Source of the DNA: Methanothermobacter thermautotrophicus str. Delta H
Lineage (GTDB): Archaea; Methanobacteriota; Methanobacteria; Methanobacteriales; Methanothermobacteraceae
NCBI RefSeq assembly: GCF_000008645.1
Contig: NC_000916.1
Span: forward strand, 1,350,001 to 1,382,000
Length of the DNA stretch: 32,000 bases
Reading direction: 5' to 3'
Position numbers and translations under genes: made by a program. This document shows, piece by piece, positions 19,448-27,264 of the stretch. Under the pieces are notes generated by a model that ran no database searches, was not told the DNA's origin, and saw only the letters and a list, made by a program, of their open reading frames with translations. Position 1 is the first letter of the stretch; each line of letters starts with the position of its first letter.

Positions 19448-20473
19448 ATGAAAGTTGCAGTTTATGGCGCGGGTAACCAGAAACTTTATGTGGACCAGCT
19501 GAACTTGCCTGAAAAATATGGGGGTGAGGCACCCTACGGTGGAAGCAGAATGGCAATTGAATTTGCAGAGGCCGGACATGACGTTGTACTGGCAGAACCA
19601 GCAAGGGATATGCTGGATGATGCACACTGGAAGGTGGTTGAGGATGCAGGGGTCACAGTAACAGACAACGATGCAGAGGCAGCCAGTGAGGCTGAAATAG
19701 CAGTACTCTTCACACCCTTCGGTAAGAAGACCTTTGAGATAGCAAAGAACATAACAAATCACCTGCCAGAGGGGGCTGTCATAGCAAACACCTGTACGGT
19801 CTCACCTGTGGTACTCTACTACGTACTTGAAAGGGAGCTTAGAAGGGATCGTAAGGACCTGGGTATAGCATCAATGCACCCTGCAGCCGTCCCTGGTACA
19901 CCACAGCACGGCCACTATGTCATAGGGGGTCACTCAAGCAGTGAACTTGACATAGCAACAGATGAACAGATATCAAGATGCGTTGAACTCGCTGAAAGCT
20001 GCGGTAAGGTAGCCTATGTTGTACCAGCCGACGTATCAAGTGCAGTTGCAGATATGGGGTCACTTGTTACAGCGGTCACACTTTCAGGTGTCCTTGACTA
20101 CTACTATGTGGGTACACAGATAATCAGGGCCCCCAAGGAGATGGTTGAAAAGCAGATCCTCATGACACTCCAGACCATAGCTTCACTCGTTGAAACCTCA
20201 GGTGTTAATGGAATGCTCAAGGCCATGAACCCTGAACTCCTTGTGAGGAGCGCTAAATCAATGCACCTCCTTGAGGAGCAGGAGGAACTGGATGCAGCAC
20301 TCAACACCCTATCAGACCTTGATGATGAGGTAAATAAATGGATAGAGAAGGGTGAGATCAGGCACACGGATCTGGTTGCTGCACAGGCCCTTGCAAAGGA
20401 GATAAAGAACCTCATGGGTGGAAAGGCTGCCGAGGGTACAATAAGGCGCTGCATGAGGAAGATGTTTGAATAA
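19448..20473 (+). CDS. hmdIII: H2-forming methylene-tetrahydromethanopterin dehydrogenase paralogue (Hmd-related, HmdIII-type)
   Basis: MKVAVYGAGNQ... has a Rossmann-like N-terminus, a conserved Cys in NTCTVSP (equivalent to the FeGP-ligand Cys of Hmd) and SMHPAAVPGTP. Divergence from canonical Hmd indicates a paralogue. The assignment to III rests on remembered locus order. The track start is GTG 19439. Confidence 0.8.
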   Translation: MKVAVYGAGNQKLYVDQLNLPEKYGGEAPYGGSRMAIEFAEAGHDVVLAEPARDMLDDAHWKVVEDAGVTVTDNDAEAASEAEIAVLFTPFGKKTFEIAKNITNHLPEGAVIANTCTVSPVVLYYVLERELRRDRKDLGIASMHPAAVPGTPQHGHYVIGGHSSSELDIATDEQISRCVELAESCGKVAYVVPADVSSAVADMGSLVTAVTLSGVLDYYYVGTQIIRAPKEMVEKQILMTLQTIASLVETSGVNGMLKAMNPELLVRSAKSMHLLEEQEELDAALNTLSDLDDEVNKWIEKGEIRHTDLVAAQALAKEIKNLMGGKAAEGTIRRCMRKMFE

Positions 20474-20476
20474 TAA

Positions 20477-20512
20477 TTTTTCCTTATCTTATTTTGTGCA
20501 ACAAATTTTTTT
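20477..20512 (+). terminator. oligo-T tracts after the hmd paralogue
   Basis: T5 at 20477-20481, T4 at 20492-20495 and T7 at 20506-20512, directly after the TAA stop. Confidence 0.5.
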
Positions 20513-20591
20513 GAGACCAATTCGGCAGCTGATTTTTGCAATGATTTGATGTTATCCAGAATAAGTTTTTAGTAGAAGCTCTGAATCGATG

Positions 20592-20613
20592 TTTTAATCC
20601 AAAAAATAAAAAG
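20592..20613 (-). terminator. oligo-T tract (minus strand) after the large surface-protein gene
   Basis: The plus strand reads AAAAAATAAAAA at 20601-20612, giving T-runs on the minus strand that begin 3 nt after the stop at 20615-20617. Confidence 0.5.
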
Positions 20614-20614
20614 A

Positions 20615-23600
20615 TCAGGTGACGGTTATTCTCATATTAACCGCCCTGAAGGTCTTTTTTATGTACACGTACCTGTAACCCCTTATGGTGTTGCTGTAGT
20701 TGAGCGTTGCTGATAGTGTGTCGGCTCTGAAGGTCTCTGAGAGTTTTATGGTCCTGGTGTACCTGCTCGGGTTGTAGATCTTCCTCGTTGTCACTATCCT
20801 TGCATCGTATGGGTAGTATCCGATGGTTGCTGAGTAGCTTCTGCCGGGTTTCAGTGTGAACTTGAATGTCCGGTATCCAAGTTTTGCACCGGTTGATGAA
20901 TAAACCGTCACATAGTATGTCACTGTGGTGGTGTACTTTCCTGTATTTCTGAATGTGAAGGAGTATTTTCTTCTGGCCGGGTTAACGTATACTGTGCTGT
21001 TCCTGAGGTTACCCAGACTGAAGGTGTAGACACCGGGTCCGGATAGGTACTGCTGGAAGTTTATGTTTCCTCTCTCCCCGGGTCCGAGTCTGATGGTTTC
21101 GTTCCTTATGAGTGACCCGTTTAGGTAGAATGGTATGCTGAATTCCCCTTCAAGGTCACCACTGTTTTCAATCTCTGCACTGACATTTGCGTTCACTGAC
21201 CCCACAGCGCTTCCCGGTGTAACACTGAATGATCTTATCTCAAGTGTGGCTGGTTTCAGTGCGTTCACATTGATGCCGGGCGGATTATCTATCCACACCG
21301 TGTGGTTGCCCCTCTGCGTTATATTGTATGTGAATGACACTGTGACATCCCCACCGGCAGGCACGTTAACGGTCCTGTTCTGGACATTCACACCGTCAAT
21401 GTAGAGCCTTGCGGTGTAGTTACCGGCAATGTCTCCGATGTTGGTCACCCTTACAGATGCATTGACTCTGAAGGGTATGACTCCGGTGGATGGTGAAACA
21501 GTTAGGCTGTCAACAATGAAGGTTGCGGGTCTTAGAACCCTCACCGTGACCGGGGAAAGGGAATTGACAGTCACCTGGTGCTCACCTGGTTCACTGATAT
21601 CCGCTGTGAAGCTAACAAGCACTGAACCCGGACCTGTGACCCTAACGGTCCTGTTCTGGACATTCACACCGTCAATGTAGAGCCCTGCAGTGTAGTTTCC
21701 AGACCCCTCCTCAGTGGTGCTTACCAGGGCCGTGACTATTATCCTGTGTGGTGAAACACCGGTGAGTGGTGTGGCACTGAGGTTTGAGATTGCAGGTTCA
21801 CTGAGTACCCTCACATCAAGTGGGGTTAGAGATCCTATTCCAGCCAGGTATATTCCGGCATTTTCTATGGTGTGATTAAATGCCACCTGGACGCTTCTAC
21901 CGGCCCCAACTGTAACATTCTTCTCATCCACAGCCAGACCGTTGATGTAGAGGACTGCAGTGTAATTCCCGTCAACCTCGCCGGTGTTCCTGGCAGTGGC
22001 AGTGGCTGTTATGGTAAGAGGGCTGAAACCTGAAGATGGTGTCACGCGCAGATCTGAGAGGGTTATGCTGGCAGGTCTAAGGACACGCACGATTTTACTG
22101 AACTCATTGATTCCCACAGTATGGTTTCCAGGGGTTAGAAGTGTCCCCATGGCGATTTCCCTTGTTTCGCCCGGACTGAGACTCACAATGTTCTCCTGGA
22201 CGACCACACCATCAACCATTAGCCTTGCAGTGAAACCTATAACCAGGTCGTGGGGATTTGTCACGTTCAGGGACGCCCTTACACTTAATGGGGCCGGGCC
22301 TGTCACAGGCGTGACATTGAACCCTGTGATCGTTGGATCAGGCTCAAGGACCCTGATAGTCACATCAGTGCCTGAGTTCAAACGCAGACGGTATTCACCT
22401 GGAAAGGCGAGCTCCTTTTTGAATGAAACCAGCACCGAACTCTTACCAGGGACACTGACGGTTCTGGTTTCCCAGGCTACATCATCAAGGTAGAGCGTCA
22501 CTGCGAAATCACCTGCTAGGTCACCGTTGTTCCTTACTATTGCAGTGACAGTCACGTTGAGTGGTGATTTGCCCTCCACCGGGGAAACTGTAACATTGGA
22601 TAGTGTGAAGTTGGCCTCACTGAGGACCCTGACGGTTCCTGAGACATTATTGTTGAGTGATATCGTGTATAATCCTCTATCAGGAAGGAGTATGCTGGTG
22701 CTGAAGGGTACCGTGCTTTCACCTGGAATATTGAGGACCTTCGTGTGATCGGGAACACCGTTGACGTATATGGTGGCTGTGTAACTCCTTGGATTTGAAT
22801 CGATATTGGTGATCATGGCGCTGACCGTAACCGTCAGTGGTGCTGCTCCGCTCTGGGGTGTCAGTGTGAAGTTTTCTATGTAGAACTTCTCCCCCTCCAT
22901 GACATAGACCAGCTCGGGTTCAAGGTCGTTTATGGTGATCTCATATAGGCCTGCTGCAAGGGTCCTGTTGAAGGATACGGTGGTCCTGCTGCTGGCGTTC
23001 ACGGTGACATTCCTGCTGTCAAGGAGCACCCCGTCAATGTAAAGTTCTGCTGTGTAGCTGTCTGGAAGGTCGCCGTAGTTTACAAGGTCAGCTGTCACAT
23101 TCACCTTCAGGGGCTCCTGGCCACCTGATGGTGTCACCCGGAGGTTCTCTGGGATTATCAGGGGCCCGAGGAATACCCTCACAGTTGCTGGTGGGAAGTT
23201 GTTCACACCCACAGAATATGCCCTGCTGTTTCTCAGGGTGTATTCAAACTCGAAGGGCTCTGTTTCCAGTGAACCAACCTCGACCCACTTTCCAGCAGTC
23301 CTGTAACCGTTTATGTAGAGGTCAAGTCTGTACCACCCTGTGGAATCACCGCAGTTGGTTATGTTACCTCTAAGGGTTACTGTGAGGGGTCCTGTCCCGT
23401 TGAGGGGTGTCACGCTGATGTTGCTTATTATGAATGGTGTGAATCTTGTAAGGAAACCATCTGAGAGTCCTGTGAGATTCTTTTTGCAGGCATCTGGAGT
23501 TACCGTGAAATTTGAGGACCAGGTTTTCCCTGCAACATAGATGTTCTGGTACCTGTCAACCGCCACACCGTAGCCCTGGTCTGCCTCAATGCCCCCCAGG

Positions 23601-24841
23601 TAGGAGCTGTAGAGGACGCCTTTCGGGATGCTGAATTTCATAACGAAGGCATCCACACCACTTAAGGAACTGTCGTATGCTCCGGGTGTTAAGGGGAAGT
23701 TATCTGATCCTGTCCAACCTGTGAGGTAGAGGTTTCCAAGGATGTCCTGTGTGATATCGTTTATTGAGTCGTCTCCGCGCCCACCGAGATAGGTTGAGTA
23801 TTCCACTGAGTAGTCATTGAATACCATGATGAAACCGTCACTGGAGCCGTTCCTTGTTTTCTGGTAGGCGTTTGGTGTCACAGGGAAGTCAGATGAATTG
23901 GTTTTACCTGCGAGGTAAATCCGGGAGTCCCTGGATATAATTGAATAACAGAAATCCGGTCCTGAACCTCCAAGATAGGTTGAATAATCACAATTCAGGT
24001 CTGGAGTGAATCTTGATAGAAATATATCGGTGGTTCCCCTTTTATCACCGGATATGGCATCAAATGTCACTGGAAAGTCATCTGAGTAGGTGTATCCCGT
24101 AATGTATATGTTACCTGCATAGTCAATGGCGATACCCTGGCAGTAGTCGTCCCATGATCCCCCAAAGTATCTTAGATTGACAGGATTGAGGTCCTGGTCG
24201 AACCTGGCAAGAAATGCATCGTATCCACCATGATAGGTCCAGTCTGTCAGTGGAGTTGCGTTTGGGTTGGTCCCAGGCACTCTGGCTGTACCCCCACCCA
24301 GCTCGGATACATTGAGGACGGTTGAAATTGTGTAGCCACTGACGTAAATGTTGCCCTCATAATCGATGGCAAGGCCCTTTGCAACGTCATAGCCTGAGCC
24401 GCCAATGTATACCCTCTTAACTTCTTTGCCTGAGGGGTCTATTTTTGATATGAAGGCATCCGCAACCTTCAGACCGTCATGGTTTATCTCGCCCACAACG
24501 TAGGCGTATCCATCTCCATCTGCAACTATTCTGTGGCCCCAGTCGTCTCCTGATGTGTCAGTTAATATTGTGTGGTATATGACTTCTCTTGTCACGTTAA
24601 ATTTGGTGACGAATACATCCTTGGATCCATTTACATGTGTAGATCCGGTCACATAGATGTACCCTGAGTCGTCCACATAGACGTCACGTGCCTCGTCAAC
24701 GACTTTGTCACCGAGGTATGTTGAATAGTCCACTGTATAGTTTGATTCTGCAGCTACTGTACCCTGCAGTATCAGTAGGAGGAATATGGTGCAAAACAGA
24801 ATAGAAAACCTTTTATATAGGTCTATTTTATCACCTCCCAA
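20615..24841 (-). CDS. secreted surface/adhesin-like protein: signal peptide, ~7 beta-propeller (SBBP-type) blades, 9 CARDB-like repeats and a basic C-terminal module
   Basis: The N-terminus FSILFCTIFLLLILQGTVAA is a signal peptide. About seven copies of YSTYLGG..D.g.giavD..GNIYVtG.T.S.dFPVTp follow. Nine ~90-aa repeats have the pattern ..VTP..G..PL.V.v.a.v.N.GD..G.YtA.LYidGv......V.v.....v.vsF........G.h.v.....v.VRVL. I counted about 40 N-x-S/T sequons by hand. The start is uncertain (see findings). Confidence 0.85.
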   Translation of the reverse strand: MGGDKIDLYKRFSILFCTIFLLLILQGTVAAESNYTVDYSTYLGDKVVDEARDVYVDDSGYIYVTGSTHVNGSKDVFVTKFNVTREVIYHTILTDTSGDDWGHRIVADGDGYAYVVGEINHDGLKVADAFISKIDPSGKEVKRVYIGGSGYDVAKGLAIDYEGNIYVSGYTISTVLNVSELGGGTARVPGTNPNATPLTDWTYHGGYDAFLARFDQDLNPVNLRYFGGSWDDYCQGIAIDYAGNIYITGYTYSDDFPVTFDAISGDKRGTTDIFLSRFTPDLNCDYSTYLGGSGPDFCYSIISRDSRIYLAGKTNSSDFPVTPNAYQKTRNGSSDGFIMVFNDYSVEYSTYLGGRGDDSINDITQDILGNLYLTGWTGSDNFPLTPGAYDSSLSGVDAFVMKFSIPKGVLYSSYLGGIEADQGYGVAVDRYQNIYVAGKTWSSNFTVTPDACKKNLTGLSDGFLTRFTPFIISNISVTPLNGTGPLTVTLRGNITNCGDSTGWYRLDLYINGYRTAGKWVEVGSLETEPFEFEYTLRNSRAYSVGVNNFPPATVRVFLGPLIIPENLRVTPSGGQEPLKVNVTADLVNYGDLPDSYTAELYIDGVLLDSRNVTVNASSRTTVSFNRTLAAGLYEITINDLEPELVYVMEGEKFYIENFTLTPQSGAAPLTVTVSAMITNIDSNPRSYTATIYVNGVPDHTKVLNIPGESTVPFSTSILLPDRGLYTISLNNNVSGTVRVLSEANFTLSNVTVSPVEGKSPLNVTVTAIVRNNGDLAGDFAVTLYLDDVAWETRTVSVPGKSSVLVSFKKELAFPGEYRLRLNSGTDVTIRVLEPDPTITGFNVTPVTGPAPLSVRASLNVTNPHDLVIGFTARLMVDGVVVQENIVSLSPGETREIAMGTLLTPGNHTVGINEFSKIVRVLRPASITLSDLRVTPSSGFSPLTITATATARNTGEVDGNYTAVLYINGLAVDEKNVTVGAGRSVQVAFNHTIENAGIYLAGIGSLTPLDVRVLSEPAISNLSATPLTGVSPHRIIVTALVSTTEEGSGNYTAGLYIDGVNVQNRTVRVTGPGSVLVSFTADISEPGEHQVTVNSLSPVTVRVLRPATFIVDSLTVSPSTGVIPFRVNASVRVTNIGDIAGNYTARLYIDGVNVQNRTVNVPAGGDVTVSFTYNITQRGNHTVWIDNPPGINVNALKPATLEIRSFSVTPGSAVGSVNANVSAEIENSGDLEGEFSIPFYLNGSLIRNETIRLGPGERGNINFQQYLSGPGVYTFSLGNLRNSTVYVNPARRKYSFTFRNTGKYTTTVTYYVTVYSSTGAKLGYRTFKFTLKPGRSYSATIGYYPYDARIVTTRKIYNPSRYTRTIKLSETFRADTLSATLNYSNTIRGYRYVYIKKTFRAVNMRITVT
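20978..23434 (-). repeat. nine tandem ~276-nt coding repeats (CARDB-like domains) inside the surface-protein gene
   Basis: Periodicity is visible in the protein sequence. It is also visible at DNA level as a 42-nt perfect repeat (21367-21408 versus 21643-21684), exactly 276 nt apart. Confidence 0.8.
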
Positions 24842-25151
24842 AGGTGAACTTTATTCTCACAGTTATAATGAATATAATTTACGGTTTGATCTTGAAATTA
24901 AGAAATTATCTTTACACTTCAAAAAAATAAACTGGATGTTTTCATGAAGTTATACAATAAGAGGGACAATCTAAAAAGGATTTTTATTAATAGAGGATTA
25001 TTCAGTATTAATCAGCCTCAGAAAACATCCGGAGCATCAGCAGCTGAAAATTCGTTATATACAGTCACGGCTTCGGTGGCAGAATATTTCAGCTGATGTG
25101 TCGTTTTCAGGATATCAGAGAAGGGGATGGAATTAGAGGTAAATAAAGGCT

Positions 25152-25775
25152 TCAGAGGACAACGAGGATGGACATGTAACTGAATTCAGATTCACTCACA
25201 TCCCTCAGTGTTGATTTCAGGACCCTCTCATCGGGATAGCTGAGCCTTTCACAGACAGCAACCCTCCTTTCAGGGTCAAGACCGCATTCAATGAGGAATG
25301 CTGCTGTCTTTGATGGATTCCTTGAGGGCAGGATTATGGTTGGCCTCCCATTATCAATTACATCCAGGATCCCCTCCTCGCCACGTCCATGAAGGGTGAT
25401 GACATCTGCATCGTCCCAGGGTATCAGCAGCCTCGCAGCACATAGCTGGATTGAGCTGATTCCAGGCACCACCTTCACCCTCACCGGGAGTCCACGGGAG
25501 GATATTATCCTTTTCAGTGGTTTGAGGACCCCTGAAAATCCAGGGTCGCCTGTGGAGAGCACGGAGACCTCCATGGCGATTGCAAGTTCAGCAGCCCTTC
25601 CTAACTTCTCATCCATATCCCTGGCACCGAGGACCACGGTTTTTCTGGCGGATGGAAAAAGTTCAAGGGCCCTGCGACTTCCAAATACAACTTCTGAGTT
25701 CATAACCACATTTTTTGCAGCGGGTGTGATGTAATCCGGCGATCCTGGACCTATTCCCACTATGTTCAGAGTCAT
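25152..25775 (-). CDS. cbiE: cobalt-precorrin-7 (C5)-methyltransferase / precorrin-6Y methylase CbiE
   Basis: Tetrapyrrole methylase fold with IVGIGPGSPDYIT and VLSTGDPGFSG. The ~207-aa size is typical of CbiE. Confidence 0.85.
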   Translation of the reverse strand: MTLNIVGIGPGSPDYITPAAKNVVMNSEVVFGSRRALELFPSARKTVVLGARDMDEKLGRAAELAIAMEVSVLSTGDPGFSGVLKPLKRIISSRGLPVRVKVVPGISSIQLCAARLLIPWDDADVITLHGRGEEGILDVIDNGRPTIILPSRNPSKTAAFLIECGLDPERRVAVCERLSYPDERVLKSTLRDVSESEFSYMSILVVL

Positions 25776-25867
25776 AAAATTACCCCTATTCCATCAAATC
25801 AGCACGGAGGCAGATATTCACTGGGTCTCAGCAATCTCTCCATTAAAGAGAGTGTCCCATACCAACA

Positions 25868-25880
25868 TTTTATTATAATA
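25868..25880 (+). promoter_or_regulatory. TATA-like box for the GTPase gene
   Basis: TTTATTATAATAT is centred ~36 nt upstream of ATG 25910. Confidence 0.4.
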
Positions 25881-25909
25881 TCCCGGCACTACTTATTAAT
25901 GTGATAACA

Positions 25910-27100
25910 ATGATCCAGATTGCAGTCACAGGAAAACCCAACGTTGGAAAATCATCATTCTTCAATGCAGCCACCCTATCTGAGGCCGAGGTTGCATCAT
26001 ATCCCTTCACAACAATCGATGCCAACCATGCAGTGGCCTATGCATCCTGCAGATGCCCCTGCAGGGAACTTGGAGTTGAATGCAACCCCCGGAACTCCCG
26101 GTGCATCAATGGTGTCAGACTAATACCAGTGGAGCTCATAGACGTCGCCGGCCTGGTACCAGGGGCCCATGAGGGGAGGGGCCTCGGGAACAAGTTCCTT
26201 GATGACCTCAGACAGGCGAGGGCATTTCTCCATGTCATAGACGCCTCGGGTTCCACCGATGAGGAGGGGAGACCCGTTGAAGCAGGAAGCCACGACCCCC
26301 TGGAGGACGTTGAGTTCCTGGAGGAGGAGATAACCATGTGGCTCTACGGGATCCTCGAGAGGAACTGGGAGAGGCTCCTCAGAAAGGCTGCTTCAGAGAA
26401 GCTCGACATGAACCGAATCATACATGAACAGCTCTCAGGTACCGGAATAACACCTGAGGACATCATTGAGGCATCAAGAAAGGTGGATGCCGATGTTTAT
26501 TCATGGGGGAAGGATGAGCTTCTGCAGTTCCTTGATGAGCTCCTCAGAATAGCAAAGCCAATGCTCATAGTTGCAAATAAGGCTGACCTTCCCTCAGCCG
26601 GTGAGAATATTGAGCGCCTGAAGGATGCCTACCCCCACGTGGTACCCGCATCTGCAGAGGCTGAACTGGCCCTCAGAAGGGCAGCAGAGGCGGGTTTAAT
26701 CAGTTACACCCCCGGTGGCAGTGAATTTGAGATAATCGATGAATCAAAGCTCACAGATAAACAGAGGGCGGCCCTTGAGTACATACGTGAAAATGTCCTG
26801 GAGGTTTACGGAAGCACAGGTGTCCAGGAGGCCATCAACAGGGCCGTATTTGATCTTCTGGACATGATAGTTGTCTTCCCGGTTGAGGATGAGCACAGAT
26901 TCACTGACCAGAAGGGGAATGTGCTGCCAGACGCCATCCTTGTACCGCGGGGCTCCAGTCCAAGGGACCTTGCCTACCTGATACACACGGAGATAGGTGA
27001 CTCCTTCCTCCATGCGGTGGATGCCAGAAAGGGTATGAGGGTCGCATCCGACCATGAACTGGAGGATGGGGACATAATAAGCATTATATGCAGCAGATAG
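25910..27100 (+). CDS. YchF/OLA1-related Obg-family GTPase with C-terminal TGS-like domain
   Basis: G1 [10 protein letters not shown]2 PFTTID, G3 DVAGLV and G4 NKAD, with a C-terminal ...[13 protein letters not shown] 25910 is preferred; the track start is GTG 25901. Confidence 0.85.
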   Translation: MIQIAVTGKPNVGKSSFFNAATLSEAEVASYPFTTIDANHAVAYASCRCPCRELGVECNPRNSRCINGVRLIPVELIDVAGLVPGAHEGRGLGNKFLDDLRQARAFLHVIDASGSTDEEGRPVEAGSHDPLEDVEFLEEEITMWLYGILERNWERLLRKAASEKLDMNRIIHEQLSGTGITPEDIIEASRKVDADVYSWGKDELLQFLDELLRIAKPMLIVANKADLPSAGENIERLKDAYPHVVPASAEAELALRRAAEAGLISYTPGGSEFEIIDESKLTDKQRAALEYIRENVLEVYGSTGVQEAINRAVFDLLDMIVVFPVEDEHRFTDQKGNVLPDAILVPRGSSPRDLAYLIHTEIGDSFLHAVDARKGMRVASDHELEDGDIISIICSR

Positions 27101-27114
27101 TTTCATAGGATATC

Positions 27115-27250
27115 ACATTAATTTAATAACATGAGTGGTGCATTTCAAGTGTAAGTCCCCTTGATGAAGCTGGTGGCTGTGCAACCCCAAGGGTATGGGA
27201 TGAGAGTATTACATTAATTTAATAATGAGGGTGGTGTGTTTCAAGTGTAA
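27115..27250 (+). repeat. two 40-nt direct repeats (period 96 nt) upstream of the P-type ATPase, each with a TATA-like core
   Basis: 27115-27154 is ACATTAATTTAATAACATGAGTGGTGCATTTCAAGTGTAA. 27211-27250 is ACATTAATTTAATAATGAGGGTGGTGTGTTTCAAGTGTAA. About 34 of 40 positions are identical. Confidence 0.6.
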
Positions 27251-27264
27251 ATGTGGTGTTAACC

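Noticed and set aside
20978-23434. Repetitive DNA as a mobile element or CRISPR
   Set aside because: The periodicity is exactly one protein domain (276 nt) in a single continuous reading frame. This is a coding tandem repeat.
24944-25096. 50-aa + strand ORF (MKLYNKRDNLKRIF...) in the A/T-rich spacer between the surface-protein gene and cbiE
   Set aside because: No SD. The composition follows the A/T-rich spacer. It ends inside an imperfect inverted repeat (CATCAGCAGCTGAAAAT / ATATTTCAGCTGATG, about 25035-25097) that is more likely a structural or termination element downstream of cbiE.
27131-27154. 7-codon micro-ORF (MSGAFQV) in repeat copy 1 upstream of the ATPase
   Set aside because: It is too short to evaluate. 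The equivalent reading in copy 2 differs in frame and sequence, so conservation is at the DNA level and not the peptide level.
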